A stretch of DNA of 62,683 nucleotides, filler included, from Hausera hauseri (Eukaryota): the NCBI GenBank assembly GCA_046269625.1. It is 10 parts of 10 records of this genome, joined end to end, with 100 filler letters (N's around TTAATTAATTAA, not from the genome) between each part and the next. Parts side by side here need not be neighbours in the genome. Positions count along the whole stretch, not along the records: positions 57,559 to 62,683 come from JBJURY010327717.1; 9 more parts are not named here. One strand, written 5' to 3'. How positions within the stretch are numbered: position 1 is the first letter of the stretch; each line of letters begins with the position of its first letter. This document shows positions 60,501 to 62,683 of the stretch, in pieces. The position numbers were made by a program, and so were the translations under genes. Under the pieces are notes generated by a model. It had not been told where the DNA came from and made no database searches. It saw only the letters and a list, made by a program, of their open reading frames with translations.

Positions 60501-62509
60501 ATGCATCCACAAAAGCTGCATGTGCTCTCCTCCATGAAGTCAAAAATAGATCCCGTGAGCCATTAGAATTCTTTTCTCGAAAATTCACGGCACAAGAGCA
60601 AAGGTATTCAACCTTTGACAGAGAGTTGCTTGAAATGGTCCTTGCCATAAAACACTTTAAGCATCTGCTAACCGCACAAACCTTTACAATACAAACGGAC
60701 CACAAGCATTGCTTCAAATTCTCACCATAAAATCGCCTTCTCCATGTCAGGAGAGGCAAATATCGTATTTGGCCACATTTAATTTTGAAATTAAGCATCT
60801 AAACGGATTAGACAATTTAGTAGCTGACTTTTTGTCCAGATCGGTCAGCTCGATTGATTTTACACCAATTTTCCATCAATCCAAACTTCCACAAAACTAG
60901 CCACCTGCTGACATCCTTAAATCTTTTACATCGTGCAAAACCATCGACGGTGTAACCTTTGACACCTCCAAACCTAATAATCCTAAAGTCACCCTTTCTG
61001 AATAGCATCAAAAAGAAGCATTCAACAACATCCATTCGTTGCACCATCCAGGTGCAAAGGCCACCTTTTGACTCTTACAACGCCAAGTAGTATGGCCGTC
61101 AAGGCGCTCTGACGTGCAGGCATGGGTTAGGCAGGGTGTGACATGCCAAAAATACAAAGTTACTAACTACTTAAAGCCACCACGATATCATTTTCCCTGC
61201 ACGTCTCGTTTTGAATCTGTTCACATTGAACTTGTAGGCCCACTACTCTTAGACAGCGACTATTAGTTCATCCTCACAATTATGGACCGTTTCTTGCGAT
61301 AACCGGAGGCTGCCCGCTTCGGAGCACCAACACAGATACAATCACAGACGTTTTCATCCGCACTTGGATCAGCATGTTTGGATCACGTCGCCACATCATT
61401 TCGGACCAAGGCCCACAGTTCGAATCCAACCTGTTTAAAGCTCTTGTCAATCGATTGGGAATTAACTACATCCACACGTCACCATATCATCCTCAATCAA
61501 ATGGCCTTCTAGAACGCTTTCACCGAACTATGAAAACATCTCTCAAAATCCTTGATGAGTCCAATCGCAGTTGGACTACACTCCTTCCGTACGTTCAGCT
61601 TGGCTGGCGGGACACACCATGTACTTCGACAGGCTGTTCACCTGCAGGAGCATTATTTGGCACTTCCATCAGACCATTATTCGAGCTGGCTGAACTGGAC
61701 AATATTCTTACATAGGAAACCATACAAGCGGCTCAGAGACATTTCCTTGCGAAAAGCAAAGACTCATTTTGTAGACTATTACACGGAAATAAACCTTACA
61801 TACCAGACGATTTATATACTGCCAAGTTCGTATGGCTAAAGAATCAGACACCGTGTGGTTTTCAACCTCAGTATGTTGGCCCTTACAAGGCAGTTCGTTT
61901 ACATTCCCACAACATTATCATCCTCAAAGATGACAAAGAAGTAACAGTCTACATCAACAATGCTAAGCCGGCTTTTTCATTGACGATACGTCTCCCATCG
62001 AAACCACTTCTACATCAACATCTTTAAACGACGCGCAGCAATCCAATAATTTACCTTCCATCTCTGCTCAGTTCTTCATCCCACTTTCCCCTACGTTTTC
62101 TTCCAAGACGTCTACTTCCATTTTTTCTGACAGGTCATCCTCTTTTTATCCAACCGATTTTGCACCTACAAGCCTTTTCACACCCATTTCATCCCTTGAT
62201 AACAACCCGCTTTCTCCTCTTACAATACCTCCTTCATCAAACACCACTTCAAATTTACCAATCTCTCCATCTACCCCTCCCATCATTCCAACCTTTTGCA
62301 TGCCACCTTCCAAATACTTTCCTTCGCCTTTGCCATCTTCTTTCACCTTTCCGTTTTGTCCTCTTCGTAGTCTTCTCTCTCTCTCTCTTTCTCCTTCTAC
62401 ACATTTCTCATCTTTGGCGCTTTCTTCCTCCCTTTCTCCTCACACATTGTCTTTTGCCTCTTTCATTTCCTCTTCGCAACTTCCTCATATTTTTTCTTCA
62501 ATCCCTATC
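57559..62509 (+). mobile_element. Near-complete degenerate Gypsy family A element (gag, PR, RT, RNase H, IN, S/P/T tail) with two foreign inserts
   Basis: LP.QIRSLL..LEKLAELADK gag, FLINTGAAISL, PYIDDIII, TDAS, DRELL, SDQGPQFES, YHPQSNGLLERFHR, GPY; unrelated AT-rich sequence at about 58525-58660 and 58880-59440. Confidence 0.95.
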
Positions 62510-62683
62510 AGTAGTTGGAAGGGAGGAGTTGGCAGCAACCCCCCCCCTCAGGGAATGAAGGAAGCCAATAGGAGGAGACCACGTCATCGAGGAGAAGGGA
62601 AACTGGCGAATGGGAAGAGGACACGTCATCGGGGGGAAGGAAGTAAGCCAATAGGAGTAGAGGACCAATCAGAGAGCATTGGT
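62510..62683 (+). repeat. Probable Polinton-like terminal repeat
   Basis: Starts AGTAGT; repeated ccaat and cacgtcatcg units; similar to 14785-14940. Confidence 0.6.

Overview
This window is not one locus. It is ten short contigs/scaffolds (about 4.7-9.6 kb each) joined by nine identical artificial 100-bp spacers (44 N + TTAATTAATTAA + 44 N), so adjacency across spacers means nothing. Most segments come from an AT-rich eukaryote with very short introns, probably a fish-associated invertebrate parasite (monogenean or myxozoan; not resolvable here). They are a graveyard of Ty3/Gypsy, Tc1/mariner and hAT elements plus several pieces of a Polinton/adintovirus-like DNA virus: pPolB, minor capsid, dUTPase, RING, DEDD-like exonuclease, TBP-like, two paralogous SSB-like ORFs and probable terminal repeats. 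Two segments (41412-46273, 52101-57458) look like teleost DNA: an intronless triple-domain HIPK-like kinase, a hyosophorin/PSGP egg glycoprotein gene and fish SINE/LINE pieces. The most striking signal is two divergent, decayed copies (about 37.5-41.3 kb and 46.5-51.85 kb) of a long polyprotein. In it a chuvirus-G/gB-like class III fusion glycoprotein sits internally, after a ubiquitin-like/AT-hook/helical region. In the complete copy it is followed in frame by a PTAP late-domain tail and a retropepsin. This suggests a candidate enveloped retroelement with env placed BEFORE pol. All family assignments are from motif recognition by eye; no searches were run.
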